Assembly (NCBI GenBank): GCA_022771625.1
Contig: JALFCW010000057.1
Span: forward strand, 7,119 to 71,118
Source of the DNA: Prevotella sp.
Lineage (GTDB): Bacteria > Bacteroidota > Bacteroidia > Bacteroidales > Bacteroidaceae
Length of the DNA stretch: 64,000 nt
Direction: 5' to 3'
Shown here: positions 24,847 through 35,691 of the stretch, piece by piece
Numbering within the stretch: position 1 is the stretch's first letter
Layout of the letters: each line of letters begins with the position of its first letter
Position numbers and translations under genes: made by a program
Notes under the pieces: generated by a model
Seen by the model: only the letters and a program-made list of their open reading frames with translations
What the model was told of the DNA's origin: nothing
Databases searched by the model: none

Positions 24847-27213
24847 ATGAAGAAATACATTATCCCATTAAGTATAGTGGCAGCCACATTTGCAGCCTCC
24901 TGCTCGTCGGACGAGAATCTCCCCCAAGAGATTGATAATTCAATGAAGACTCCGATTGAGTTTTCCATGACTGACAATACATCATCTATGAATGTTGGAG
25001 TGTCGGGAGTAACTCGTGCAGGATTTACTTCAAGTACAGATATGGTTGTTAAAATGGTTGCTGAGGAGGTACAGGTTGGTGGAACATCTACCACTCCCAC
25101 TGCCAGAAAATCAACTATTACTAAAGCTACGGCAGAAAATCAATCATCGGTTAATAAAAAAGATGACAATACTTCATATACTTACTCTAATGTCAGTTTC
25201 AACCATGAGAAAAGTGAGCAGAGATATTGGGATGATGCCTACGGAAGAAATACTCAGCTTTCGATATTTGCTGTGGCAGTAAAGGATAAGACTAATTCAG
25301 ATAAATTTAATGATCTCACAGCTTCTTCTTGGACTGATGAGAGTAATATATCATCTGCAATGTCATGGCCTATAACTTGGACAGTCACAAATGAATCTGC
25401 TCAAACTGAATCATCCATAAACGATGAAGACTTAGTTTATAGCAATAACATCCAGTCGAATGGGCAAAGCGGAAAGCGTGAATATGATTTTTCTATTTCT
25501 CAATATAAACCAGTTTATGATTTAAGTAACGGGCGTTTGGAATTTCAGCTGAAAGAATCAGACAAAGCAGATGGACCTGGAAAGTTCGACACAGGAAATC
25601 TTAACTTCACTCATGCCTTATCTCGTATTACTTTGAAGATTAAGTTGGCTTCAGAATTTGGCAATAATGCTTCATTGGATGATAATGAAGTAAAGGTGTT
25701 GAATATGCCATATACAGGAACCCTTGATGTTGTTACAGGTCAATTCACTTCTACCTCAACTAAAGATGCAATTGTTATGGCCCCTCTCTCCAAATCTGGA
25801 TCAGACATAAAAGGTATATATATGGCACAAGTATTGCCTGGATATAAGATTGCCCAAAATTCAAATAATATGCTTCAGTTTAAGGTATATACAGGAGAAA
25901 TGAATAATCCAACAAGCCAAAACATCTATTATGTTACAAATAATAGTGTTTACTCTGCGATTGAAAGCAACTCTGCAATATCTTCTGAAAAAGATGAGAA
26001 TGGTATCACAATGGCACAAGGCAAGCACTATATCCTTACTATCACTGTCGGCAAGACTGCAATTAAGGATATTACAGCTACACTTGTGGATTGGACAAAT
26101 GTTGAGGGTACTCTAGAGCAGAACAATGCTTATCTTACGTTTACTAATGCGTTTAAGAATTCAGATTCAGGAACTACAAGTGCTGCCGATAATTTTGATC
26201 TTTATAGACTTAATGACCCATCAACTGATGTATCTACAGATGGCAATTACAAGTCATATGACTGGAAATCAAAATGGACGGATAAGGCAGAACTGACCAA
26301 AGATAATTCTTCTCAGGAAACAGGAAAGAGCAAATGGACAACAAAATGGTTCTTTGACGACAACAAGTCCTTCTATCATTTTAGAATGGTGGGACAAAAG
26401 GCTGATGGAGAAGACAAGACTCGTACTATTCATGAAGATGCGACAAATGGCGACTATTTCGACATTGAATCAGGAACTACTGCCGGAAACTATACTTGGG
26501 GAGCTCCATTTGTATCTGGGGCTGATTTGAAATATAGCACTACAAGTGGATATGATAATGCGAATGGTGAAAATCACAATATTCACTATGCTATTGGCGC
26601 AACTAATGATAACATACATCTTACATCATTCCACATGCTAAGTCAAATCCGTGTTGTATTAAAGACAGTGGGTGCCTCACAAGGTGGTGTAAATCTACAA
26701 AGTGGCGAACATAAAACCACTGTAAAAATCACAAACGTATTTACCAAGGGTAAGGTGAATATGGGTAATGGACTTGTTACTGCAGGCAAGAACTCTTATG
26801 CTACTCAACCTACAAGAGAAACAGCTGTTACAATGACAGCCCCCCAAACTTTCTTTAAGAACAGTTCAAGTAATTTGGTGACTAATGAGTTTACATACTT
26901 TATTGTTCCTCAGACTTTAGTAGATGACAAGAACACTACAGAAACGACAGATGATGTTTACATCGGCCTTGAAATCCAAACACCCGACAACAATATCTAC
27001 TATGTAGTTAAGAAATTGTCGGAGATAAAGGCATCGAGTGTAGGTGATAACGGCACACAGGTGAAGGATCAGCCAATTAAATGGTGGTATCCCAACCACA
27101 GCTATCTCTATACCATCACATTGAAGAAAACTGGTATTGAGAAAATCACTTGCACGTTGGTTGACTGGACAGAAGTGACAGGAAGCAACCAAGACGTAAC
27201 GATTGAGGACTAA
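24847..27213 (+). CDS. fimbrillin-family lipoprotein, tandem double module
   Basis: 788 aa. Lipobox FAASC and GVTR(57)AG. Module 1 has FTHALSRITLKIKL ... TLVDWTNVEG; module 2 has FHMLSQIRVVLKT ... TLVDWTEVTG. Confidence 0.7.
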   Translation: MKKYIIPLSIVAATFAASCSSDENLPQEIDNSMKTPIEFSMTDNTSSMNVGVSGVTRAGFTSSTDMVVKMVAEEVQVGGTSTTPTARKSTITKATAENQSSVNKKDDNTSYTYSNVSFNHEKSEQRYWDDAYGRNTQLSIFAVAVKDKTNSDKFNDLTASSWTDESNISSAMSWPITWTVTNESAQTESSINDEDLVYSNNIQSNGQSGKREYDFSISQYKPVYDLSNGRLEFQLKESDKADGPGKFDTGNLNFTHALSRITLKIKLASEFGNNASLDDNEVKVLNMPYTGTLDVVTGQFTSTSTKDAIVMAPLSKSGSDIKGIYMAQVLPGYKIAQNSNNMLQFKVYTGEMNNPTSQNIYYVTNNSVYSAIESNSAISSEKDENGITMAQGKHYILTITVGKTAIKDITATLVDWTNVEGTLEQNNAYLTFTNAFKNSDSGTTSAADNFDLYRLNDPSTDVSTDGNYKSYDWKSKWTDKAELTKDNSSQETGKSKWTTKWFFDDNKSFYHFRMVGQKADGEDKTRTIHEDATNGDYFDIESGTTAGNYTWGAPFVSGADLKYSTTSGYDNANGENHNIHYAIGATNDNIHLTSFHMLSQIRVVLKTVGASQGGVNLQSGEHKTTVKITNVFTKGKVNMGNGLVTAGKNSYATQPTRETAVTMTAPQTFFKNSSSNLVTNEFTYFIVPQTLVDDKNTTETTDDVYIGLEIQTPDNNIYYVVKKLSEIKASSVGDNGTQVKDQPIKWWYPNHSYLYTITLKKTGIEKITCTLVDWTEVTGSNQDVTIED

Positions 27214-27224
27214 AAAAACGAGTA

Positions 27225-29417
27225 ATGATAATGAGGAATTATCTAAAGAAGACATATATGGGCATTGCATCGCTGTTGGCTCTTATGAGCTGCAGCGACG
27301 GCAATGACATCCACACCTATACCGTGGGAGCGGAGGATAATGCCATCGCCCTCAGTATAGGTGTGGACAACTCCCCACTCACCCCTACCCCTAATCTTGC
27401 CAAAACAAGAGCAGCCGAAGACGATAATTACATCGCCTTGGCTCAAGGCACCAAGATGAGGCTAAGAGTGGAGGGAAAATGGAATGACTCTGAATTAATC
27501 AAGTTCACTGATTGTTCTGCTGATGCTGCAACAGGCAACAATACATATAACACAATATCCTCATATTCCCCAATGCTATATTGGGATGACTTCGGCACTG
27601 CCGATCCTTCAAATATAGACGGCAAGAATAATGGTCTCGCCATATATGGTGTGGCTGTTGATGGAAAGAAAGACAAAGCTCCAGATGTAAATAACTCAAC
27701 AGGAGAATCAACTACTGACCAATGGGGAGACCATTCATCTGAAGATAGCAATCTCCTTCCATGGAGTACAGAGGATAATTCAAATTCTACAGTTCTTGAG
27801 AGAGACCTCATAGTATCAAATAATTTAAGTAAGACAACGGCAGATGACCCTGGAAATCTTACATTTGAAGAGCATAAGGCGATTAATAAAAACCTTGAAA
27901 ACAAAGATGAAAAGCAAAGCCGCCTTATCTTCAAGCATGTTTTAAGCAAGTTTACATTTAACTTGAAAGCTGCCGATGGGTTTGAGAATTATAAGTTTAA
28001 GAGTAATCCTACAGTCACTCTTACAAGGAAAAAAGTAAGTGAAATGACCGAAGCGGATGATGGTGCGTATTGTTTAGTAGAAGGCAATATAAATATAAAG
28101 AAAGGTGAAGCAAAAGCAAACGAAAGCAATAAAAAAGTAATAAAGGCAAAGTACATATCAGTACAAACGGACAATGAATTTCAAGTTGTTTCTGAAGCCG
28201 CAATAGTATATCCAGGCACCGAAATTTCAAGTTCAAAGAATGACATCATTGCTCAAATCAATGCCGATGGCAATATCTATTATATCACTTCAGAGGCTAT
28301 AAGAACTGCAATAGGAGGAACAGACTTCAAGGCAAAGGCTGGCTATAATTATGTCTTCAACATAACTGTAAAGAAGACAAAGATTAATGTAACTGCAAGC
28401 GTTGAGCAGTGGAATGTGGTGACAGCAGATTATAAACCAAAGATTGACGTAACTGGAAACATTGGAGATGGCAATACATCTGCATCATCATTGAACAGCT
28501 TTAGTCTTTATCTGAAAGATGATGATAACGGACAATATGGCCTTTCAGAAAGTGAAACTTTCATTAAAGCAAACTCTGAAATAACAGTAAATACTACAGG
28601 AGGCAATCCTACATATACGTTCTCTCCTGATGTATATTGGCCTGACCACCAGACTCATTACCACTTTCGTGCAGTTTATCCAAAAACAAAATCTACTTCT
28701 GAAGGTTCTGCCCCTGAAGTCGTGAATGTGTCTAATACACAAGGCATAAAGGTAAAGAACTGCAAATATGAAGAGAATAATTATCCTTGCAACCTATTGA
28801 TTGGTGCACCTGAAATATCAAAAGGCACAATGTGTGGAAACAAGGATCATATATCTCCCACACAAAAGGTTGACATGTCAGAACATGGCATTTGTGCACG
28901 CGAAGGTTCTATCAACCTCAACTTCCGCTATATGATGTCGCAGGTGGTTGTAAATCTCAGCACGTCTGCGGATGGTGCTTCCAACAAAGTAAATATCGGA
29001 GCGAATACCATCGTGGAAATTGAAAATGCTCAAACTGAAGGATGGATTGACCTACATAACAGGAATATTGTGCAATATGAAGGTAGTACATCAACTTATA
29101 ATATGAACAATGAAAACGACAATTCACGCCATGATGCCATCATTCCTCAAAACATAGAATATCTTGTTTTTAAGATTTCAGTATATGATGAGAATAGTAA
29201 TGTAACTGATATATATCGTGCTAACATTAAGGATATACCAGTATATGTGGCAGATTCAAGCGGAAACAAAACAGGTGAAGCTAAGCACATTACCTCATGG
29301 GACTCTGGCCATAAGTATATTTATAACCTAAAGGTTACGAAGACTAAGGTGAGCATTACTGCTACGATTACGGATTGGGAAACGAGAAGCACTGACGAGA
29401 CAGATATATGGCTATAA
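27225..29417 (+). CDS. fimbrillin-family lipoprotein, tandem double module
   Basis: 730 aa. Lipobox LALMSC and AKTR(62)AA. Module 1 has FKHVLSKFTFNLKA ... VEQWNVVTAD; module 2 has FRYMMSQVVVNLST ... ITDWETRSTD. Confidence 0.7.
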   Translation: MIMRNYLKKTYMGIASLLALMSCSDGNDIHTYTVGAEDNAIALSIGVDNSPLTPTPNLAKTRAAEDDNYIALAQGTKMRLRVEGKWNDSELIKFTDCSADAATGNNTYNTISSYSPMLYWDDFGTADPSNIDGKNNGLAIYGVAVDGKKDKAPDVNNSTGESTTDQWGDHSSEDSNLLPWSTEDNSNSTVLERDLIVSNNLSKTTADDPGNLTFEEHKAINKNLENKDEKQSRLIFKHVLSKFTFNLKAADGFENYKFKSNPTVTLTRKKVSEMTEADDGAYCLVEGNINIKKGEAKANESNKKVIKAKYISVQTDNEFQVVSEAAIVYPGTEISSSKNDIIAQINADGNIYYITSEAIRTAIGGTDFKAKAGYNYVFNITVKKTKINVTASVEQWNVVTADYKPKIDVTGNIGDGNTSASSLNSFSLYLKDDDNGQYGLSESETFIKANSEITVNTTGGNPTYTFSPDVYWPDHQTHYHFRAVYPKTKSTSEGSAPEVVNVSNTQGIKVKNCKYEENNYPCNLLIGAPEISKGTMCGNKDHISPTQKVDMSEHGICAREGSINLNFRYMMSQVVVNLSTSADGASNKVNIGANTIVEIENAQTEGWIDLHNRNIVQYEGSTSTYNMNNENDNSRHDAIIPQNIEYLVFKISVYDENSNVTDIYRANIKDIPVYVADSSGNKTGEAKHITSWDSGHKYIYNLKVTKTKVSITATITDWETRSTDETDIWL

Positions 29418-31348
29418 TTATGAAGAAAGAAATATATAGATATATTGGAATGGTTGCTGTGGCATTGGGCTTTGTTGCCTGTGCCAACGACAATGGGGAT
29501 GCTCCATCAAATGATGGTGGCAAGACCCCCATTGACATTGCCGTAGCCTTTGTGGATGGCGAGATAGTCAGCAAAAGCTCGACAAGGGCTGTGGATAAGA
29601 CATTTGAGGCTAATGACAAGTTGGTGGCTCATTTGCAGCATGTGACCACATCTGAAGGAAATACCAGTCCTTTGACAGATAACAAATATTCTAAAACTGT
29701 TGTTTTCACAGTTAAAGATGGTTTTAGCATCACAGAAGAAAATAATACGCAAAAGACATCAGACATTACTCCTGATAGCCCTCTTTATTGGGACGACTTT
29801 AGTGATGCGACAAATGATATTCGCACTGGAGGACATGGATTAAGGTCAGCATGGGGATATTGCTATAATGGAAAAGAGAATTTTCCTGAAAGCAACAATC
29901 ATACTGATGAAATAACATGGGAAGCAGCAACAGACCAAAAATCCGGATTTAAGACTTCCGACCTCCTTTGGTCAAAGACTCAAGATCCTGTAAGTTATCA
30001 ACATGGCAATAATTCAGGCGATAGCCATGGCACAATCACTATCCCCTATACTCACGCCATGAGCAAGGCTACTATTGTACTTACGGCTGGGGAAGGCTTT
30101 GGTGATAAAGCATTTGAAAATACAACAATTACATTGAAAGGCGTGAATATTAAAGGTAAGTTTACTGCCACAACTGCTACTGTCGTAGGAACTAAGACAG
30201 GAGAAGAGGGGCAATATGAGACAGGTGATATTCAGATGCAGAAGAAAAGTACAGATGCTACAAATAATTCTGTGACCTTTGAGTGTGTATTTGTTCCTAA
30301 TACTTTATTGAATGACGGGAAATTGTGGGCCGAGATTAATAATGTAGCAGGCAATAACTACGAGATAAAACTTACTTCTGCTATGCTTGCTACTGAAAAA
30401 TGGGGAGCAGGCCCAACCAAATCAGGAGTAAACTACAAGCTCGCAGCCACTATCAGTAAGCAAAAGATTGATGTTGTGGCTCAGATTGCAGATTGGATTT
30501 ATAAGGAAACATCGGCTGACGGTAAGATTCAATTCTCTACGGATTTGACTGAAGTTGATTATAATGACATGATATCAGGAACATCGTATGACGTGTTTAC
30601 AAGTGAAAGCCAAACTTCTGGATATTCAAAATCAACAACTCGAAATTATACAGATAGCAAATGGACAGACTATCCTGTAATATATTGGCAAGGAGAAGGC
30701 AAGGGCTTGTATTTCCGTGGACTTGCAAAATATGAGAACAATCTTATAACATCAGTTGCAGGTAGCACATCCGCAAACCAAGGCACCGACCTTCTTTGGG
30801 CAACAACTCCTCAACATACAGGTAAGGATAATAGCGGTAACGATAAGACATATGAAGCAGGAGATAAGATTGACCCTCGTACATCATTCGTTCCGCTTAA
30901 GTTTGAACATGCCATGAGCAAGGTGAAGTTTGTATTAAAGACAACTGATGAGAATACAAAAGTGAATCTCGAAGGTGCCACATTGTCTATTCCCGGAATC
31001 ACAACAAATGGTACAATAGATGTGGCAAATGGGAATATAACAATTGGTTCTACTACTGCCGATCTTGCTCCTGTCGATAATACAGAATACATCGTAATTC
31101 CGCAAAATCTCGATGGCAAGAAGCTCACAATAACGCTTAATGATGCAAACGCAGATGGTAAGAAGACAACATATAGTATATTGCTCACAGACTGCAAGGT
31201 TGATGGAAATGCCATTTTATCATGGGAACGCGGAAATTCGTATGAATATACCATCACCCTTGCAAAAGAGGCAATACAATTCCGTGCCCTTATCAAGGAA
31301 TGGAATGAGAAGACAGGTTCGGGCGATGCATCGCTTGATTGGGATTAA
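29408..31348 (+). CDS. fimbrillin-family lipoprotein, tandem double module
   Basis: 646 aa; the alternative ATG at 29420 lies just past the upstream stop. Lipobox GFVAC and SSTR(60)AV. Module 1 has DLLWSKT, YTHAMSKATIVLT and IADWIYKE; module 2 has DLLWATT, FEHAMSKVKFVLKT and IKEWNEKTG. Confidence 0.72.
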   Translation: MAIIMKKEIYRYIGMVAVALGFVACANDNGDAPSNDGGKTPIDIAVAFVDGEIVSKSSTRAVDKTFEANDKLVAHLQHVTTSEGNTSPLTDNKYSKTVVFTVKDGFSITEENNTQKTSDITPDSPLYWDDFSDATNDIRTGGHGLRSAWGYCYNGKENFPESNNHTDEITWEAATDQKSGFKTSDLLWSKTQDPVSYQHGNNSGDSHGTITIPYTHAMSKATIVLTAGEGFGDKAFENTTITLKGVNIKGKFTATTATVVGTKTGEEGQYETGDIQMQKKSTDATNNSVTFECVFVPNTLLNDGKLWAEINNVAGNNYEIKLTSAMLATEKWGAGPTKSGVNYKLAATISKQKIDVVAQIADWIYKETSADGKIQFSTDLTEVDYNDMISGTSYDVFTSESQTSGYSKSTTRNYTDSKWTDYPVIYWQGEGKGLYFRGLAKYENNLITSVAGSTSANQGTDLLWATTPQHTGKDNSGNDKTYEAGDKIDPRTSFVPLKFEHAMSKVKFVLKTTDENTKVNLEGATLSIPGITTNGTIDVANGNITIGSTTADLAPVDNTEYIVIPQNLDGKKLTITLNDANADGKKTTYSILLTDCKVDGNAILSWERGNSYEYTITLAKEAIQFRALIKEWNEKTGSGDASLDWD

Positions 31349-31388
31349 TGAATGACGGGATGGTTAGTGATGATTGATAATTGATTAA

Positions 31389-32621
31389 GTGAAAGAGAAA
31401 TTGAAAAAGATATTTATATACATAATTATATGTGTGGTAATGCCGATGATGTTCGCCTGTTGTGCAGGTGACGACGGCTTAGAGGGCAAGGCTGAGGCTT
31501 TGCCCGGGGGATTGCCAGTGCTCTTTAGTTCGGGTGCTGGCGATGCCTCCGTCTCCACTCGTGCCACAGTGCCTTATATGGAAAACGGCGGGCGGTTTGT
31601 ATGCCGAATGTATTATCAGGGAAACGTGGGAAGTGAGGACTTCACCAACTATACCGAGGCTTGGCTCAAAGTGGATAACAACTATGGCAATTCGGTATAT
31701 CGCAAGAAGGACTTCAGTAAGCCAACAACAGATGATAACATTGACGGCTTCGGTTTCGACCGTGAGTCACAGATATTCTATTGGCAAAACCGCAAGCAGC
31801 ACATCTTTATCGCCATTGCCGACTATAATAAGCTCAAGACAAATGACGGAACGGATAATGGTACTCTCAACTTCAAAAACAGTGAGGAGATAGAAGGCAA
31901 ACCAATGGTGTTCGACCTTAGACGTAAGGACGGGATGAACTCGATAAGCGACCAGCAAGACATCATCATGGCGCATACCGAGATGTCGCCCGACAAGGCT
32001 ACTCCCGAGGGAAACAGGGTGAAACTGCTCTTCGGGCATTGCTTCGCAAAGGTGCAGGTGAATCTCAAACCGTTAGCCGACGGAGGCCTTGGCAATGACT
32101 TGAGATATGACCGAATAGACAAGGTGGAACTGCTGGGGGTGGCCGACTATGCCTATTTATATAACATTGATGTCACGTCATCACCATATAATATAAATAA
32201 TGTGAAGACTGAGGCAAAGAAGGTTGTGGCAAATGATTATCTCGATGTGGATATATCTGCCAATCCCTACTATACTTGCATCGAGACATTCAAGGCTCCC
32301 AAAGATGACGTAACCCCTGGATATATATCCACCCATGAGGTGATTACATTCGGACAGGTGGTGGCAATACGAGTGACTTGGCACGAAACCGACTCCGAAG
32401 GCAATACAACTGTCACTCACGTGGTGACCAAGAAAGTGGAAAAAGACGAAGAGCGACTACTGCCATCCGGTCAGTTGCATATATACAATCTCGAAATGCG
32501 ACGTGGAACACTCGCTATCATCAATGCCGAGATCCTGCCATGGACGGATGGGGAGACATATGCCACGGATGGCAAAATAACTGAAGAAGAAAGTGGAAAT
32601 ACCGAAGAGAATCAACAATGA
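31389..32621 (+). CDS. fimbrillin-family lipoprotein, single module
   Basis: 410 aa with a GTG start. Signal/lipobox IIICVVMPMMFAC, VSTR(58)AT, LLFGHCFAKVQVNLK and C-terminal ILPWTDGE. Confidence 0.65.
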   Translation: MKEKLKKIFIYIIICVVMPMMFACCAGDDGLEGKAEALPGGLPVLFSSGAGDASVSTRATVPYMENGGRFVCRMYYQGNVGSEDFTNYTEAWLKVDNNYGNSVYRKKDFSKPTTDDNIDGFGFDRESQIFYWQNRKQHIFIAIADYNKLKTNDGTDNGTLNFKNSEEIEGKPMVFDLRRKDGMNSISDQQDIIMAHTEMSPDKATPEGNRVKLLFGHCFAKVQVNLKPLADGGLGNDLRYDRIDKVELLGVADYAYLYNIDVTSSPYNINNVKTEAKKVVANDYLDVDISANPYYTCIETFKAPKDDVTPGYISTHEVITFGQVVAIRVTWHETDSEGNTTVTHVVTKKVEKDEERLLPSGQLHIYNLEMRRGTLAIINAEILPWTDGETYATDGKITEEESGNTEENQQ

Positions 32622-35600
32622 AAAAGATACTGACATATATCACTTTTGCCTTGTGCATCATCGCTACATTAAGCGGATGCTCGGAGAAACTGTCGGAATG
32701 GTGGAACAATGACGCACCTGACATGACTGGTGAGGAGATTGTGTTTACATCCCAACTGCCTGCAGTCGTGAAGACTACAACAAGAGCGACTTCGGTTGAC
32801 AACGAATTGCTCAATGGATATAAGCCTGTATCTGAAAAATACGAGTTCTCGATATCCATGTATAAGCAGGATGGAGAGAATTCCACTCTTATCGGAAATG
32901 CTGCCACATATACTCCGATTGATAACAATACAAATGGAGACCTCAAATCCACTGCCCCACTCCATTGGCAGGACAATGTTAACAAATATGGCTTTGAGGC
33001 TACGGCTGGAACACAATCACTTGAAGCCGAACAGGACACAAAGGAGAAATGGCTAAAGCAAGACCTGTTGAAGGGATTTGGATATGAGCCGCTTATTGAG
33101 ACTACGGGAGAGGGAGAATCCTCAACTTCGAATAAGATAGACAAGATAGACGCCCTCAACTATCGCACCAACAAGGAATGGTATAATGCCAATAAGACTT
33201 GGAAAGACGAGAATGGCATTAGTTCATCTGATGAATACAAGAAGATTCCGCTTTTCCTTCAGCATCAGCGAGCATTAATCACTGTGATACTGAAGGCTGG
33301 CGAAGGTGTTGACCGCAAGGATGTACTCGCCTCTACTGCCCAACAGAAAATTGCTACTAAGATATATAGCTATGATGACAGCCAGCAGGAGGAAATCCAA
33401 AAGAAATTAGAGATTACTCCATTGCAAGGCACGGCTACGGTTAACTATGACAAAATCGGAAATCTGCCCGCAGAAACGAATGTAGAAGTGGCTCGATATG
33501 ATGCCATCGTCATGCCTCACAACTATTTTACTAATGCCGAGGACGAGAAGATTTGCGCCATCAATGTGGCTAATCAGAAATTCTCGTTTTATGCAAGCAA
33601 TGACAGTAGATATGGCAAAAAAGAGGAGTTAAGCGAGAGTGGAAAAAAGGAATTCGAAGATGCATATAATCTACAGGCAGGCGACAACCTTGTCATCACT
33701 GCCACTCTATCTCGCGACAGTCGCAAGATACTGATAACGGCATACGTGCAGCCTTGGACGGATGTTATCACATCTTACGTTTGTGATGACTTCGGTTCAA
33801 CAGGTGATCCTATTATCATAGACAATAGAGAGCAACTTGAAGCATTCTTGAAAAACAAGGAAAAGAACGCCTCTGGATATGTGGCAGTGCTCAACACCAA
33901 TCTTACATTGGACGATTGGACATTATCGAAAGACCTCAATGCCATCCTAAACCTTGGAAATCACACTATCACTACGGATAATACATTATTAAACAATATA
34001 ACAGCATCGGGCAGTTTGATTAACGGAAATATCAAAGTGAAGAATACCCAGAGTGATGTCAAGACAATAATATGTGAGAATAATGAAGGACTTATCGACC
34101 ATATCAACATAACAAATGATGATGACGATAATCCCGCGATAGTGAGCCGTGCGGCTATCGCCATAATCAACTATGGATATATCTCGTCGTGTTCTTCGGC
34201 CATCAAGGTAATGGGTAAAGCTACTGCCGAAGGCGAAGAGATATTCATTGGCGGCATTGCGGCAGAATCGAAGGCAAATAGTGTGGGAATGTTGTCGGTT
34301 ATCAACAACTGCACTGTCACGGGTAAGGTGGATGCCAAAGATGGCACAACAGTGAAATGCGGTGGTATCGTAGGCAATGCCAATGGATATGTGATGAACA
34401 ATACATACGAATATGGAGTGACGCTGAATCAGGAAACAGATTCACAAGCCCGCTTTAAGAATATCGTTCATACCAAGGCTAATAACGATAATATTCAGTT
34501 AATAGCAACAGGTAATCAATGGCCGACTCAGACAACTAATACTCCGGTGGGTGGTGATGCAATCAATAATACAAGACCTAATCATGAACTATTTTATAAG
34601 GTTATCGACTGTCAGGACGAACTTGGAAAATTGGTTAATCCAGAATCTAATTATAATGATGCCAAATATTCATACCGAATAGCCGACAATTTTACTGTAT
34701 TGTCTGATACATGGGAACTTGGAAAGAAGAGCGACGAAACTAATAATACTAATGCCAAGAACGTGCTATTCACTCTCGACGGCAATAACAAGGCTATCAC
34801 TCTTGACGGAACAAAGAAGATATATTATAATGACAAAAAAAGTGAAGCAGATGATGATTCAAAAGCAAATATAACTGCCCCTATGCTCTTCGCCAATATC
34901 ACTGGCACTGTGAAAAACCTCACTCTGCTTTGCAAGCAGTCACTATATGGAATACCCGAATATGCTGATGGAGAAGACGGCAAAAACATGTCTTCCGACA
35001 TCTGTGCTCCCCTCGCCTATGCAGTCGTAGGTGGCACGATAAGCAATATCAAGGTGCATGCAGTTCCATATACCGATAGTGAAGGCAAAACGGTATATCC
35101 CAAGGTTGTTGCTGCATTGCCCTCCGGTCTTGTGACATGGGCATACAAAGGTGCTACAATCGAGAATTGCACAAGTGACATTGACGTGGAAATGAAATTG
35201 GCAAGCGATTATGCTGACAAGGACAAAACACTATTTGCCAGCGGATTGGTGGCGCAAGCGGCAGATGCCACTATCACGCAATGCAAATATGCTCCACGAG
35301 ATTATTTTAAGTTCAGCAGTACATATAAAACAACGAAGATATACTTCGGAGGCATTGTAGGAGGAACAGTGAAAAAGCAGATAGATAACTATTATCACAT
35401 TCCAAAACTCACAATTTCCGACTGTGCAAGTTGGTATTCGCACGAGGATGGCGCTTATACTATCGGCAGTATAATAGGCAGAGCATACTACATTTCTGTT
35501 ACAGGTAACGAGAACGTTGACGGAGTAAACAAGACGGCATGCCAAGGTAATTGGTGGCCATCGGGAATAACTGGTGTTGGCAATATTTCGGCTGTTGGTG

Positions 35601-35662
35601 GCGACGAGAAGATTATTGGCAAGAAGAGTTCGGTCAATCCCGACGAACCAGTATTTGACTGA
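32618..35662 (+). CDS. fimbrillin-like N-terminal module fused to two GLUG-like repeat domains (candidate tip adhesin)
   Basis: 1014 aa with an ATGA overlap upstream. Lipobox ATLSGC, TTTR(56)AT, LQHQRALITVILKAGEG and VQPWTDV. Then GDPIIIDNREQLEAFL, FIGGIAAES and CGGIVGNANGYVMNN. A second unit follows (VIDCQDELGKLVN, FTLDGNNKAITLDG, ASGLVAQAA, YFGGIVGGT). Confidence 0.65.
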   Translation: MKKILTYITFALCIIATLSGCSEKLSEWWNNDAPDMTGEEIVFTSQLPAVVKTTTRATSVDNELLNGYKPVSEKYEFSISMYKQDGENSTLIGNAATYTPIDNNTNGDLKSTAPLHWQDNVNKYGFEATAGTQSLEAEQDTKEKWLKQDLLKGFGYEPLIETTGEGESSTSNKIDKIDALNYRTNKEWYNANKTWKDENGISSSDEYKKIPLFLQHQRALITVILKAGEGVDRKDVLASTAQQKIATKIYSYDDSQQEEIQKKLEITPLQGTATVNYDKIGNLPAETNVEVARYDAIVMPHNYFTNAEDEKICAINVANQKFSFYASNDSRYGKKEELSESGKKEFEDAYNLQAGDNLVITATLSRDSRKILITAYVQPWTDVITSYVCDDFGSTGDPIIIDNREQLEAFLKNKEKNASGYVAVLNTNLTLDDWTLSKDLNAILNLGNHTITTDNTLLNNITASGSLINGNIKVKNTQSDVKTIICENNEGLIDHINITNDDDDNPAIVSRAAIAIINYGYISSCSSAIKVMGKATAEGEEIFIGGIAAESKANSVGMLSVINNCTVTGKVDAKDGTTVKCGGIVGNANGYVMNNTYEYGVTLNQETDSQARFKNIVHTKANNDNIQLIATGNQWPTQTTNTPVGGDAINNTRPNHELFYKVIDCQDELGKLVNPESNYNDAKYSYRIADNFTVLSDTWELGKKSDETNNTNAKNVLFTLDGNNKAITLDGTKKIYYNDKKSEADDDSKANITAPMLFANITGTVKNLTLLCKQSLYGIPEYADGEDGKNMSSDICAPLAYAVVGGTISNIKVHAVPYTDSEGKTVYPKVVAALPSGLVTWAYKGATIENCTSDIDVEMKLASDYADKDKTLFASGLVAQAADATITQCKYAPRDYFKFSSTYKTTKIYFGGIVGGTVKKQIDNYYHIPKLTISDCASWYSHEDGAYTIGSIIGRAYYISVTGNENVDGVNKTACQGNWWPSGITGVGNISAVGGDEKIIGKKSSVNPDEPVFD

Positions 35663-35691
35663 CTAATATTTAAAAAAAGCAAGAACGATAT

